A DNA stretch of 62,286 nt, taken from contig JAWOEH010000210.1 in NCBI GenBank assembly GCA_046482855.1, positions 1-62,286 on the forward strand. Reading direction: 5' to 3'. The notes beneath the pieces are model-generated. The model saw nothing but the letters and a program-made list of their open reading frames with translations. It made no database searches and was not told the origin of the DNA. The stretch's first letter is position 1. The number at the start of each line of letters is the position of its first letter. Position numbers and translations under genes: made by a program. This document shows positions 17,892 to 28,096 of this stretch, one piece after another. Source of the DNA: Bacteroidales bacterium. GTDB lineage: Bacteria; Bacteroidota; Bacteroidia; Bacteroidales; UBA12077.

Positions 17892-19667
17892 ATGGCGCAA
17901 ACTAGTTTATTAGGCAGGATATTACGCTGGCGACTTCGGCATGTTGATGATCGCAAGTTTTTGTTATTTCTGAGTGTTATTGTGGGTATTACTGCAGGTT
18001 TTGCCGCAGTAATAATTAAAAACTCAGTGCATTTTATTCAATCCCTATTAACGGCCGATACCTCGGTAGAAGTACATAGTTATACCTACTTTATTTTTCC
18101 GGCAGTAGGTATTTTTGTGGTAGTGTTATTTACCAAATACCTGCTTCGGCAACCGGTAGGACATGGTATACCAACTACTCTGTATGCTATCTCCAAAGAT
18201 CAGGGTCGGATAAAGCGTCATAATATGTTCAGTTCGATAATTACCAGTGCTTTTACGGTGGGTTTTGGAGGATCGGTAGGATTGGAGGGGCCGACGGTGG
18301 CAACAGGTGCTGCCTGGGGTTCGAACATTGGACGTTTTTTTCATTTGAATTACCGGCAGGTATTGTTGCTATTGGCATGTGCCGGGGCAGGGGCAATGGC
18401 CGCAATTTTTAAAGCCCCCATTGCAGCTATTGTATTTGTTTTGGAGGTGTTGATGGTGGATCTTACCATGACCTCCTTATTGCCTTTGTTGTTTGCCTCC
18501 GTATCTGCAGTAGTGACTTCCATGTTGTTTCTGGGAATGAATGTTCTTTATCCGGCAGAAATTGATACCGGCTTCCGAATCGAAGAACTTATCTATTATA
18601 TTCTGTTGGGAATACTTGGCGGGATTGTTTCGGTATATTTTACCCGGATGTACCGGTTTATTCAATTGAAATTTGATACAATAAAAAGTGCATATTGGAA
18701 GTGGGCTTTGGGAGTAAGCACATTGGGGATGTTGGTTTTCTTTTTCCCAGCTCTTTATGGCGAAGGATACGGGGCTATTAACTCGTGTTTGCAGGGTGAG
18801 CATAACCATTTATTTGACAGTAGCTTGTTTTATACTTTTCAGGAAAATGCCAATATCATTTTTTTGTTTTTTGTTTTGATGATCTTACTTAAAGCTGTCG
18901 CTACAGCTGTTACTTTTGGTGCTGGGGGAGTTGGGGGTGTTTTTGCACCTACCTTGTTTATTGGTGCTAATACCGGGCTCCTTTTTTCCCGTTTGATGTC
19001 ACACTTTGGCATCAAAGAACTCCCTCACTCTAATTTTTCGCTTATTGGCATGGGGGCTTTAATTGCCGGAGTTTTGCATGCTCCCTTAACCGCCATTTTT
19101 CTAATTGCTGAAATTACAGGTGGATACGAACTGTTTCTCCCACTCATGATTGCCGCTGCCGTAGCCTATGCTACCACACGTATTTTCGAGACCCATTCAG
19201 TTTATACGTACCAGCTGGCGCGACGAGGTGAATTGTTTACACACGATAAGGACAAAGTTGTTTTGTCGTTGCTTAAGGTTCAGAATCTTATCGAAAAAAA
19301 TTTCCTGACCATTGGCAAGGATGACTCACTTGGAAAACTAGTAACCGTTATTGCTAAAAGTCAGCGTAATATTATCTCTGTTATTGATGAAGAGAATAAT
19401 TTGCTCGGCATTGTTTTTATTAATGATATTCGTGATATCATGTTTAATCGGGATCTTTACGATAAGGTAAAAGTGCGTGAATTGATGTACATGCCGTCGC
19501 CAACGGTTTCGCCAGATGAATCGATGGAACAGGTGGCATCGAAATTTCAGCATACCAATCATTACAATTTGCCGGTAGTTAAGGATGGGAAGTACATGGG
19601 TTTTGTGTCGCGGGCAAATGTTTTCTCGGCTTACCGTAAGATGTTAAAGGATTTTTCGGACGATTAG
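17892..19667 (+). CDS. CLC-family chloride channel/transporter with CBS pair (paralogue 1)
   Basis: GHGIP, GLEGP, GGVFAP and a C-terminal CBS pair. A TATTTTTG -7 element at 17877-17884 favours ATG 17892 over 17871. Confidence 0.92.
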   Translation: MAQTSLLGRILRWRLRHVDDRKFLLFLSVIVGITAGFAAVIIKNSVHFIQSLLTADTSVEVHSYTYFIFPAVGIFVVVLFTKYLLRQPVGHGIPTTLYAISKDQGRIKRHNMFSSIITSAFTVGFGGSVGLEGPTVATGAAWGSNIGRFFHLNYRQVLLLLACAGAGAMAAIFKAPIAAIVFVLEVLMVDLTMTSLLPLLFASVSAVVTSMLFLGMNVLYPAEIDTGFRIEELIYYILLGILGGIVSVYFTRMYRFIQLKFDTIKSAYWKWALGVSTLGMLVFFFPALYGEGYGAINSCLQGEHNHLFDSSLFYTFQENANIIFLFFVLMILLKAVATAVTFGAGGVGGVFAPTLFIGANTGLLFSRLMSHFGIKELPHSNFSLIGMGALIAGVLHAPLTAIFLIAEITGGYELFLPLMIAAAVAYATTRIFETHSVYTYQLARRGELFTHDKDKVVLSLLKVQNLIEKNFLTIGKDDSLGKLVTVIAKSQRNIISVIDEENNLLGIVFINDIRDIMFNRDLYDKVKVRELMYMPSPTVSPDESMEQVASKFQHTNHYNLPVVKDGKYMGFVSRANVFSAYRKMLKDFSDD

Positions 19668-19777
19668 TGGGCTGGTTAAAGTCTGTCTTTATATGTGTTG
19701 TATAACATGTTTTTGTTTTGTGGGATAAGCGGATAATACGCCCATAAAATAGATACTTTTGCGCTTTCCCATTATAA

Positions 19778-21553
19778 ATGAATACACGAAAACTCCTTGC
19801 ACGATTTCTGATCTGGCGGGTTAAGCATATAAAGCAACAACACTTTATACTTATCCTTAGCTTAGTTGTTGGCTTACTTAGTGGCTTAGCGGCTGTTTTG
19901 TTAAAAAATGCGATCCATTATACGCACTACCTTTTAACTCACGGATTTGCCAAGGACTCGGAAAGCTACTGGTATTTGGTGTATCCTATTATTGGCATTC
20001 TCATTACCTATTTATACGTGCGATATTTTGTGAAAGATCATATTGGACATGGTGTTTCGCGTATACTTTATGCTATTTCTAAAAGGAATAGCCGTATAAA
20101 GTCGCATAATAACTATAGCTCCATGATTGCCAGTACCTTTACCATTGGTTTTGGCGGAAGTGTGGGCTCTGAGGCACCAATTGTGCTTACAGGGGCCTCT
20201 ATTGGTTCTACGCTTGGACGGTTGTTACGAATGAATTATAAAACCATCACCTTGCTTGTAGGGTGTGGTGCTGCCGGAGCTATTGCCGGTATTTTTAAAG
20301 CGCCATTGGCCGGGTTGGTTTTTACCCTTGAGGTGCTGATGATAGATCTTACCATGGCCTCTATTGTGCCTCTTTTAATCAGCGCTGTAACTTCTGCTTC
20401 GGTAGCTTTCTTTCTGATGGGCAAAGGAGTTATTTTTTCCTATAAAATTGTCGATCCTTTTGTGCTGGATAATATTCCCTACCTCATTCTGCTGGGTGTG
20501 GTAACAGGATTTTTGAGTTTATTGTTTACTCGGGGAGCCATGCGCATCGAAAAGCAGTTTGAGCGTATTCAACATCCTGGCGCCCGCATTTTGACCGGAG
20601 GTGTAATTTTAAGTGTGCTTATCTTTTTATTTCCACCACTTTATGGCGAAGGCTATGAAACCATACGGGCACTGCTCTCGAATCAGAGTGGCACACTTGC
20701 CCATAGTACGCTTTTTTACTTTGTGCAGGATAATTTTTGGTTTTTTGCCCTATACTTGCTCCTAATTTTGGGATTTAAAGTGATTGCGATGGCGGCTACT
20801 ACCGGTAGCGGCGGGGTAGGCGGCATCTTCGCACCCACCTTGTTTATGGGTGGAGTGGCAGGATTCCTGTTTGCCCGGCTAATCAATAGTTTCTCTTTTA
20901 TTCAGGTGTCAGAAAGCAACTTTGCCTTAGTGGGTATGGGAGGCCTGATGGCAGGAGTAATGCATGCTCCGCTTACAGGTATCTTTCTGATTGCCGAAAT
21001 TACCGGTGGATATGGCTTGTTTGTTCCTTTAATGATTGTTGCAACTATCTCCTATCTGACTATTATGCCCTTTGAGCCCCATTCCATCTACACCAAACGA
21101 TTGGCTCGCCGGGGCGAGCTGATTACGCACCATAAGGATCGGGCTGTTTTAACACTTATGCGCATGGGCGACGTGGTGGAGAAGGATTTGAAAAAAGTTG
21201 GCCCTGATCAAACACTGGGCGATTTGGTAAAGGTTGTTTCCAAATCGTGCAGGAATATCTTCCCTGTGGTTGATGAGGAAAATATGCTGGTAGGTATTGT
21301 CCTTCTGGATAATATTCGCGACATCATGTTCAATCAGGAGATGTATGCTGACACCTACGTGCATGAGCTGATGATCATGCCGCCTTCCTATGTTTCATCG
21401 GACGAAAATATGGACTGCGTGATGAAAAAGTTTGAAGAGACAGGTGCATGGAACCTACCGGTGATTGATGATGGCAAGTATGTAGGGTTTGTTTCCAAAT
21501 CGAAAATCTTTAATACCTACCGTACCCTGCTGGTACAATTCTCAGACGAATAA
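19778..21553 (+). CDS. CLC-family protein with CBS pair (paralogue 2)
   Basis: GHGVS, GSEAP, GGIFAP and a CBS pair. Has its own TACTTTTG -7 element at 19754-19761. Confidence 0.92.
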   Translation: MNTRKLLARFLIWRVKHIKQQHFILILSLVVGLLSGLAAVLLKNAIHYTHYLLTHGFAKDSESYWYLVYPIIGILITYLYVRYFVKDHIGHGVSRILYAISKRNSRIKSHNNYSSMIASTFTIGFGGSVGSEAPIVLTGASIGSTLGRLLRMNYKTITLLVGCGAAGAIAGIFKAPLAGLVFTLEVLMIDLTMASIVPLLISAVTSASVAFFLMGKGVIFSYKIVDPFVLDNIPYLILLGVVTGFLSLLFTRGAMRIEKQFERIQHPGARILTGGVILSVLIFLFPPLYGEGYETIRALLSNQSGTLAHSTLFYFVQDNFWFFALYLLLILGFKVIAMAATTGSGGVGGIFAPTLFMGGVAGFLFARLINSFSFIQVSESNFALVGMGGLMAGVMHAPLTGIFLIAEITGGYGLFVPLMIVATISYLTIMPFEPHSIYTKRLARRGELITHHKDRAVLTLMRMGDVVEKDLKKVGPDQTLGDLVKVVSKSCRNIFPVVDEENMLVGIVLLDNIRDIMFNQEMYADTYVHELMIMPPSYVSSDENMDCVMKKFEETGAWNLPVIDDGKYVGFVSKSKIFNTYRTLLVQFSDE

Positions 21554-21623
21554 TGAGGAGGGCATTTTTTTTTGGCCAAATTGTTTTGTAATTTGTTTCT
21601 TGGCTATTGATAAGCTTTGAACC

Positions 21624-23396
21624 ATGCCTATTCGTTCACCGTTAGTATATTTGCGCTTTTTAAGACAAAGGTTACACCTTCATCGCTACCTTTTGTTTTT
21701 AAGTTTGCTTGCGGGGTTAGGAGGAGGCTTTGTAGCTCTGATTTTAAAAAGTACCGTTTTTCTTTTACATCGAAAGCTTGTGGGAGCTGGTACGTTTGAT
21801 ACGCATCATCCGATGTTGTTTGTGTATCCGATAGTAGGAATTGCACTTGTATTTTTATTCCGCAAGTTTGTGTTAAAAGATATGGGGACTCACAATATCA
21901 GTGCAATTTTATTAGCTATTTCTCAACAACGAAGCCGCCTCCCTGCCCATAAGATGTTTTCATCGGTTATTGGGGGCATTTTCACCGCCGGCTTTGGGGG
22001 CTCTATTGGATTGGAGTCACCTATCATATCATCAGGAGGAGCTATTGGTTCTAATCTGGGACGCAATCTTCAGTTATCCTATAAAGAAACCACGCTGTTA
22101 TTAGCCTGTGGTTCTGCCGGTGCCATTTCAGCCATTTTTCATACACCTTTGGCAGCTATTGTTTTTGCTGTAGAGGTGTTGCTTATCGATTTAAGTCGTT
22201 TTTCGCTTATCCCTCTGTTAACGGCCTCGATAAGTGGAGCCGTTGTAACGAATATATTTTTTCAGGATGAAATCTTGTTCGAGTTTATTTTGCGAGATCC
22301 TTACTTGGTCAGGCATACAGGGTTTTATATTTTGTTAGGCGTTTTAACCGGTTTGGTCTCCGTTTATTTTACGCGTACCTACCGCTATGTGGAAAATTGG
22401 CTCGAGGGCTATTCACAGGGGGTGCGACTGTTACTGGGTGGCTTATTGCTGGGTGGCATGCTGTTTCTTTTTCCTGCCCTTTACGGAGAAGGGTATTTGG
22501 TTGTGAAAGCTTTATTTGCTGGAGCTTACGATAGGGTATTGGGCAGTAGTTTGCCTTTTGATATCCCGTGGAATGCCTGGATGTTTGGGGCTTTTTTTCT
22601 GCTATTGCTTTTACTTAAAGTTGTTGCTACATCGGTTACCATTAGTAGTGGAGGTATTGGAGGAATCTTTGCTCCGTCATTATTCACCGGCGCTATTACG
22701 GGAACACTTTTCGGACATATTCTTAATCATACTGGCTTGAATTTGCAGGTTTCGGAAAGTAATTTTACGCTTGTAGGCATGGCTGGTGTATTAAGTGGCG
22801 TATTACATGCACCCCTTACAGGGTTATTTCTTATTGCTGAAACCACTCAAGGATACGAATTAATTGTGCCCCTGATGATTGTTATTACAATCTCCTTTTT
22901 GGTGGTGAAACGATTAGAGCCGCACTCGATTTTCACCAGTTACTTGGAAAAGAAGGGGAAATTAATCACCCATCATAAAGATCGGGCTGTTTTAACTTTT
23001 ATGGAGTTGTCGCATGTTATAGAAAAAGATTTTGCCACAGTGTCTGTCGATGGGAAATTAGGGGATCTTGTAGCTGTAATTGCTCAATCGCAGCGCGACA
23101 TTTTCCCGGTATTGGATGAGGATGGGATTTTAAACGGTGTTATTTATCTTAGTAAGATTCGAAAAATCATGTTTAAACAGGAGTGGTATGATGAGGTATC
23201 GATTGAAGAACTTATGGAGCTGCCTCCTCATTATGTCTCCATGGATGATTCTATGCGGGAAGTGGTACGTAAATTTGAAGAATCCGGAGCCTGGAATTTA
23301 CCTGTTATATGGAATGCACGTTATCAAGGTATGGTATCACGCTCCAAATTATTTTCAACGTATCGCGGCTTATTATTAGAAATATCAGCTGAATAA
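21624..23396 (+). CDS. CLC-family protein with CBS pair (paralogue 3, most divergent)
   Basis: GTHNIS, GLESP, GGIFAP and a CBS pair. Confidence 0.9.
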   Translation: MPIRSPLVYLRFLRQRLHLHRYLLFLSLLAGLGGGFVALILKSTVFLLHRKLVGAGTFDTHHPMLFVYPIVGIALVFLFRKFVLKDMGTHNISAILLAISQQRSRLPAHKMFSSVIGGIFTAGFGGSIGLESPIISSGGAIGSNLGRNLQLSYKETTLLLACGSAGAISAIFHTPLAAIVFAVEVLLIDLSRFSLIPLLTASISGAVVTNIFFQDEILFEFILRDPYLVRHTGFYILLGVLTGLVSVYFTRTYRYVENWLEGYSQGVRLLLGGLLLGGMLFLFPALYGEGYLVVKALFAGAYDRVLGSSLPFDIPWNAWMFGAFFLLLLLLKVVATSVTISSGGIGGIFAPSLFTGAITGTLFGHILNHTGLNLQVSESNFTLVGMAGVLSGVLHAPLTGLFLIAETTQGYELIVPLMIVITISFLVVKRLEPHSIFTSYLEKKGKLITHHKDRAVLTFMELSHVIEKDFATVSVDGKLGDLVAVIAQSQRDIFPVLDEDGILNGVIYLSKIRKIMFKQEWYDEVSIEELMELPPHYVSMDDSMREVVRKFEESGAWNLPVIWNARYQGMVSRSKLFSTYRGLLLEISAE

Positions 23397-23420
23397 AAAA
23401 AGGGCTCAAAGGAGCCCTTT
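23395..23420. terminator. Intrinsic terminator between convergent genes
   Basis: aaagggctc-aaag-gagcccttt with a flanking A-run. Confidence 0.8.
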
Positions 23421-23438
23421 AAAATGGTAATATCAGGC

Positions 23439-23831
23439 TTATTCCATGTGTTTTAGGTTTAGGCCATACATGATGATAAAGGCAGCTGTAAAGATGAGGC
23501 TCAGGATACCAAAGCCCAAAATCAGGATAACTACCTGCGCTGCGGTGTACAAATAGAAACCTATTCGTTTCAGGTTCCACATTAGGATTGCACCGTATAA
23601 CGATGCCCCAAACAGAAGCAGAAGGATGATGGATTTTATCGGGCCTGCCGACACTCCTGTGGGCATTGGGAAAGCACTAGCCATGGACTCAATGGCGCCG
23701 GCAGCAAGCAGGCCAATGAGGGTAAATAGCAATGCCAATCCCGATCCAATAAAAGTGAGGATACACAAAACGGTTAAAAATACTGGTCGTTGAGTGGTTA
23801 CTTGATTTTCAACATGTACTTGTTCTTCCAT
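23439..23831 (-). CDS. Small integral membrane protein of unknown function
   Basis: Likely start MEEQVHV; QRPVFLTVLCILTFIG followed by 3-4 hydrophobic helices. Confidence 0.7.
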   Translation of the reverse strand: MEEQVHVENQVTTQRPVFLTVLCILTFIGSGLALLFTLIGLLAAGAIESMASAFPMPTGVSAGPIKSIILLLLFGASLYGAILMWNLKRIGFYLYTAAQVVILILGFGILSLIFTAAFIIMYGLNLKHME

Positions 23832-24041
23832 AGTGTTAAGGGTTAGTTTATTATAGCTATTAAATATACAAAAAAAAACCAAGTGTTTACCCTATTTTTA
23901 AGAGGGAAATTATTATGTTGGTTAATGGGGTTTTGGCGTTAGTTAGTTGCCAATTATGGTATGTTAGTCAAAAAAATGTAACTTTTTAAACTTGTGTTTA
24001 TTGAAATTTATCCTTAATATTGTGTGCATTAACAGTTCTCT

Positions 24042-24470
24042 ATGTTTCTCAAACCCCAAATAGCATTTCCCACAAAATTATTGCGGGAAGACTCGGCGCC
24101 TATTGTGCTGGTTGTTGAAGATGATGATGTAAGTTATTACCTGATTCAGGAGATATTAACGTTGCATCATGTGCATCATTTTCGGGCTGAAAATGGGCTC
24201 GAGGCCATCGATATGGCCAGTAAATATGGACATTTGCTTAATGCTGTTTTAATGGATATACGTTTGCCGGAAATGAACGGCTACGATGCCACCCGGCATA
24301 TCAAAGGCCTGCAACCTTCGTTACCTGTAATTGCTCTTACCGCCTTTGTTCATCAACATAGTGCCCGTGATTCCAAAGCTGCCGGTTGTGATGCGTATAT
24401 TGCCAAACCACTGGATCTTAAAAACCTTATCGACGTACTTTTCTCATTCATTCCCCTACCTAAACATTAG
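24042..24470 (+). CDS. Single-domain response regulator (receiver)
   Basis: VLVVEDD, LMDIRLP, IALTA and AKP motifs. Confidence 0.88.
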   Translation: MFLKPQIAFPTKLLREDSAPIVLVVEDDDVSYYLIQEILTLHHVHHFRAENGLEAIDMASKYGHLLNAVLMDIRLPEMNGYDATRHIKGLQPSLPVIALTAFVHQHSARDSKAAGCDAYIAKPLDLKNLIDVLFSFIPLPKH

Positions 24471-24664
24471 GGGACAAATGATATGTTTTAAGAAATCTTT
24501 ATTTATTTTTTTTCGCGCTCAATATTCGTTATTTTTGGCAGACATTTTCTTTTGCCTGGAAGAATTCGTTTATAGTAAATAGTGAATATACTTGTCTATA
24601 AGCTTAAGGAAGAGAATAGAATTATTGCATAAAATAATAGTTAGCCAGTAAAACAATTTATCGG

Positions 24665-25945
24665 ATGAAAAGAGATACAAAAATTTTTGACCTGATCAAC
24701 CAGGAGCGTGACCGCCAGGTTAATGGAATTGAGTTAATAGCTTCGGAGAACTTTGTCAGCGAACAGGTATTGGAGGCAATGGGCTCTGTTATGACCAATA
24801 AGTATGCCGAAGGATACCCCGGGAAGCGTTATTATGGGGGGTGTGAAATTGTTGATCAATCAGAGGATCTTGCCCGTGAACGTTTGAAGCAATTGTACAA
24901 CGCTGAATGGGTGAATGTACAACCACACTCAGGAGCACAAGCCAATGCTGCCGTATTCTTAACCTGTCTGAATGCAGGAGATACCTTTATGGGGCTCGAT
25001 CTTTCCCACGGCGGACACTTGTCGCATGGTTCGCCTGTTAACCTTTCAGGAATTCTTTACCGGGCTGTTTCCTATGGCGTGAAAGAAGATACCGGTCTTG
25101 TTGACTATGATATGATGGAGGAGGTAGCGCTTAAGGAAAAACCGAAATTGATTGTTGGGGGTGCCTCAGCTTACTCACGTGAATGGGATTATAAGCGAAT
25201 GCGCGAAATTGCCGATAAAATTGGTGCCCTGCTGATGATTGATATGGCGCACCCTGCAGGATTAATTGCTGCCGGCTTGTTAGATAATCCTTTGGATTAT
25301 GCTCATATTGTTACTTCTACTACACATAAAACTTTGCGTGGCCCACGTGGCGGTATCATTCTTATGGGTAAAGACTTCGATAACCCATGGGGGAAGGCGA
25401 CCAAGAAAGGGGTGATTCGAAAGATGAGTTCACTCCTTGACTCAGGTGTGTTTCCTGGTACGCAAGGGGGGCCACTCGAGCATGTAATAGCTGCTAAGGC
25501 AGTTGCCTTTGGCGAGGCTCTGTCTCCAGAGTTTAAAGAGTATCAGGCGCAGGTAAAGAAGAATGCCGCTCGTATGGCAGAATGCTTTATTGAAAAAGGG
25601 TACAAAGTGATTTCCGGAGGTACTGACAACCATTCAATGCTAATTGATTTACGTACCAAAGTTCCGGAGGTTACCGGTAAATTAGTTGAGAATACTGCTG
25701 TTAAAGCTCATATTACCATTAATAAAAATATGGTGCCATTCGATAGCCGCTCGCCATTCCAGACTTCAGGTATTCGCCTGGGAACAGCCGCCCTTACTAC
25801 ACGTGGTTTGAAGGTGGAGCATATGGATAAAATTGTAGACTTCCTTGATCGTGTAATTATGGACATCGAGAACGAAGCGAACTTGAAGCAAGTTGGCACC
25901 GAGGTGCAGGAGATGATGAGTAAATTCCCTCTGTTTGCATATTAA
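24665..25945 (+). CDS. glyA: Serine hydroxymethyltransferase
   Basis: [21 protein letters not shown] and the PLP-lysine motif [12 protein letters not shown]. Confidence 0.97.
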   Translation: MKRDTKIFDLINQERDRQVNGIELIASENFVSEQVLEAMGSVMTNKYAEGYPGKRYYGGCEIVDQSEDLARERLKQLYNAEWVNVQPHSGAQANAAVFLTCLNAGDTFMGLDLSHGGHLSHGSPVNLSGILYRAVSYGVKEDTGLVDYDMMEEVALKEKPKLIVGGASAYSREWDYKRMREIADKIGALLMIDMAHPAGLIAAGLLDNPLDYAHIVTSTTHKTLRGPRGGIILMGKDFDNPWGKATKKGVIRKMSSLLDSGVFPGTQGGPLEHVIAAKAVAFGEALSPEFKEYQAQVKKNAARMAECFIEKGYKVISGGTDNHSMLIDLRTKVPEVTGKLVENTAVKAHITINKNMVPFDSRSPFQTSGIRLGTAALTTRGLKVEHMDKIVDFLDRVIMDIENEANLKQVGTEVQEMMSKFPLFAY

Positions 25946-25965
25946 TATACTTTCCTATATTAAAC

Positions 25966-25993
25966 AAAAAGGGACTTTTTAAGTCCCTTTTTT
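25966..25993 (+). terminator. Intrinsic terminator of glyA
   Basis: aaaaagggact-tttta-agtccctttttt. Confidence 0.85.
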
Positions 25994-26051
25994 ATTACCT
26001 TGTTGCGAAGGTAAATTTCTGGAAATCCAACTATTTGTAAAACCCTTATTT

Positions 26052-26804
26052 ATGGAATGGTATATTATAGTAGCAGTTGTGGGTGTAGGGTTCCTTGCCG
26101 GTTTTATTAATACGCTTGCCGGAAGCGGTTCGCTGCTTACCCTGCCTTTATTAATGTTTTTAGGGCTGCCTGCTAATGTAGCCAATGGGACAAACCGAAT
26201 TGCTATTCTTTTGCAGAATGTTGTGGGGGTTGCAAGTTTCAAGCAGCAAAAGGTATTGGACATGCGTTTGGGCATTTGGCTAGCCTTACCTACGATTGTG
26301 GGGTCGATAATCGGCGCTCAAATTGCTATTGAGTTAAACGAGTTGGTGATGAAGCGTATAATTGGTGGCTTGCTCGTAGTTATGTTTGTGCTTATTCTTT
26401 ATAAACCTGGCACCTGGATAAAAGATCAAGCCGGACAGGTTCATGCAAAACCCGGAATTCTGCAGATGATCATTTTTTTCTTTATTGGTATTTACGGTGG
26501 GTTTATTCAGGCAGGAGTAGGCTTGTTTCTATTGGCTGGCTTGGTAATGGGTGCCGGCGTGGATTTGGTGAAGGCCAATGCATTAAAAGTATTTATTGTG
26601 TTACTTTATACACCCTTGGCACTTGGCATTTTTATGCTGAACAATCAGGTAAACTATAAGTGGGGACTTATTCTGGCCGCGGGAAATATGCTGGGAGCTT
26701 TTGTTGGCGCTCGTGTCGCTGTAAGCTGGGGAGCCACCTTTGTGCGGTGGGTGTTACTTGCTGTGATTTTAATTTCGGCTACCCGGTTACTGGGGCTATG
26801 GTAA
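26052..26804 (+). CDS. TauE/SafE (TSUP) family transporter
   Basis: GFINTLAGSGSLL, ANGTN and GIYGGFIQAGVG motifs. Confidence 0.88.
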   Translation: MEWYIIVAVVGVGFLAGFINTLAGSGSLLTLPLLMFLGLPANVANGTNRIAILLQNVVGVASFKQQKVLDMRLGIWLALPTIVGSIIGAQIAIELNELVMKRIIGGLLVVMFVLILYKPGTWIKDQAGQVHAKPGILQMIIFFFIGIYGGFIQAGVGLFLLAGLVMGAGVDLVKANALKVFIVLLYTPLALGIFMLNNQVNYKWGLILAAGNMLGAFVGARVAVSWGATFVRWVLLAVILISATRLLGLW

Positions 26805-26805
26805 T

Positions 26806-26836
26806 AAAAAGACCGCCACAAGCGCAGCGATCTTTT
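26806..26836 (-). terminator. Terminator of the exbB-exbD-tonB operon
   Basis: Minus strand aaaagatcgc-N10-gcggtcttttt. Confidence 0.6.
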
Positions 26837-26856
26837 GTACTAGTTTGTTTTCGGAA

Positions 26857-27681
26857 TTATTTTAATTTGAAATAGTAGGTGATGGTTCCGTTTTGGTAAG
26901 CAGGAGCATCAGGTTTCTTGTCGAATTTTGCACGAAGTGCAGCTTTTTTTGCTGCATCCAGCAGGTTCTTATCCAATGTGGTACTTCCTTTTACACCCGC
27001 ATTGGCTTTTGTTACGCGTCCAAGTTTATCCACTGTGATATCCACTACTACTTTCCCTTCTTCCTGGTAGTTGTATGCGGGTTTGGGCAGCGATTCAGGA
27101 TTTCTGCCGGCAAGGCTGAAATCAACACCATCGCCTCCGGTGCTGCTCCCTCCTGAATGATTTTCCGATTCTGTGGAGCCGGTTTTACTTCCCTGATTGC
27201 CTTCGCCACCGGCTTCGCCTTCGCTGGTATTTGATTCATTTTGACTTTTCCCAGGGAATAGTGCCTTTTTATTCACTTCCTGTTCTTTCTTCTCCTCCTC
27301 CTTTTTCTCTTCTTTTTTTGTTTCTTCTTTGGTAGTAGGTGCCGGTGTCTCATTAGCTGTCTCTTCGGCAGGTGCCTCCTCAAACTCCTGCGTCAAAATT
27401 TCTTCGTCGGGCGCTGGGGTCACTTCTTCTGTCTGATTCTCGGTATTACTCTCCTCCACAGCTTCCTGCGTTTCCTCAGGTTGTTCGAAATTGTTTTCCT
27501 GTGGTTCTGTCTCTCCAAACCCGGATTCACTATCGCCAAAATTGATGAGAATACCCTCTTCAGCAGGCAGCGGCAAAGGAGTTGTAAAGCCCAGGGTAAG
27601 TAATAATACCCCTGTGGCCACTGCAAATCCTAGCGCGCCCAGAACGCCGTATTTTTGATAAGTCTTTTCTTTGTTCGTCAT
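26857..27681 (-). CDS. tonB: TonB-family energy transducer
   Basis: N-terminal TM segment, E/K/P-rich linker and C-terminal EEGKVVVDITVD...GTITYYF. ATG 27681 follows the exbD stop. Confidence 0.82.
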   Translation of the reverse strand: MTNKEKTYQKYGVLGALGFAVATGVLLLTLGFTTPLPLPAEEGILINFGDSESGFGETEPQENNFEQPEETQEAVEESNTENQTEEVTPAPDEEILTQEFEEAPAEETANETPAPTTKEETKKEEKKEEEKKEQEVNKKALFPGKSQNESNTSEGEAGGEGNQGSKTGSTESENHSGGSSTGGDGVDFSLAGRNPESLPKPAYNYQEEGKVVVDITVDKLGRVTKANAGVKGSTTLDKNLLDAAKKAALRAKFDKKPDAPAYQNGTITYYFKLK

Positions 27682-27686
27682 ATGGA

Positions 27687-28085
27687 TTACTTTGCTGAGG
27701 TTGCAAGAATGAGTCTCCATTTATTATCCTTAGCGATATTCATAATGTTTACCACCTGTTGTGTAGGTACGCTATTATCGACATGTAACGACACTGTAGG
27801 TTCTTCAATACCTTCCTGCATAAAACGTTGTTTTAATATGCCTTCGATATCGGAAAGATCGACAGGGGTTGTGCCTACGTAGTATTGAAGGTCACGTGTT
27901 ATGGATACGCTGGCCACAGGCGAGGCTGAGGTCTGATGAGCGCTTCTGGGGAGTAGCAGTTTCAAAGCATTCGGTGCAATCATTGTGGATGTTACCATGA
28001 AAAAAATCAGCAATAAAAACACAATGTCCGTCATCGATGACATGCTGAAACTGGAACTAACTTTACTTCTTCTTTTTAATGCCAT
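27687..28085 (-). CDS. exbD: Biopolymer transporter ExbD
   Basis: SSMTDIVFLLLIFFM motif. Confidence 0.9.
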   Translation of the reverse strand: MALKRRSKVSSSFSMSSMTDIVFLLLIFFMVTSTMIAPNALKLLLPRSAHQTSASPVASVSITRDLQYYVGTTPVDLSDIEGILKQRFMQEGIEEPTVSLHVDNSVPTQQVVNIMNIAKDNKWRLILATSAK

Positions 28086-28096
28086 ACAAGGGAGCT

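Noticed and set aside
23933..23951. TGGCG...TTGC upstream of the second receiver gene
   Set aside because: The GG-to-GC spacing is 12 nt rather than the obligatory 10.
24530..24664. Possible ZTP, THF or glycine riboswitch before glyA
   Set aside because: The leader is AT-rich and I could not find the conserved cores of these classes.
27250..27520. Low-complexity repeats in tonB
   Set aside because: They encode the normal E/K/P-rich periplasmic linker.
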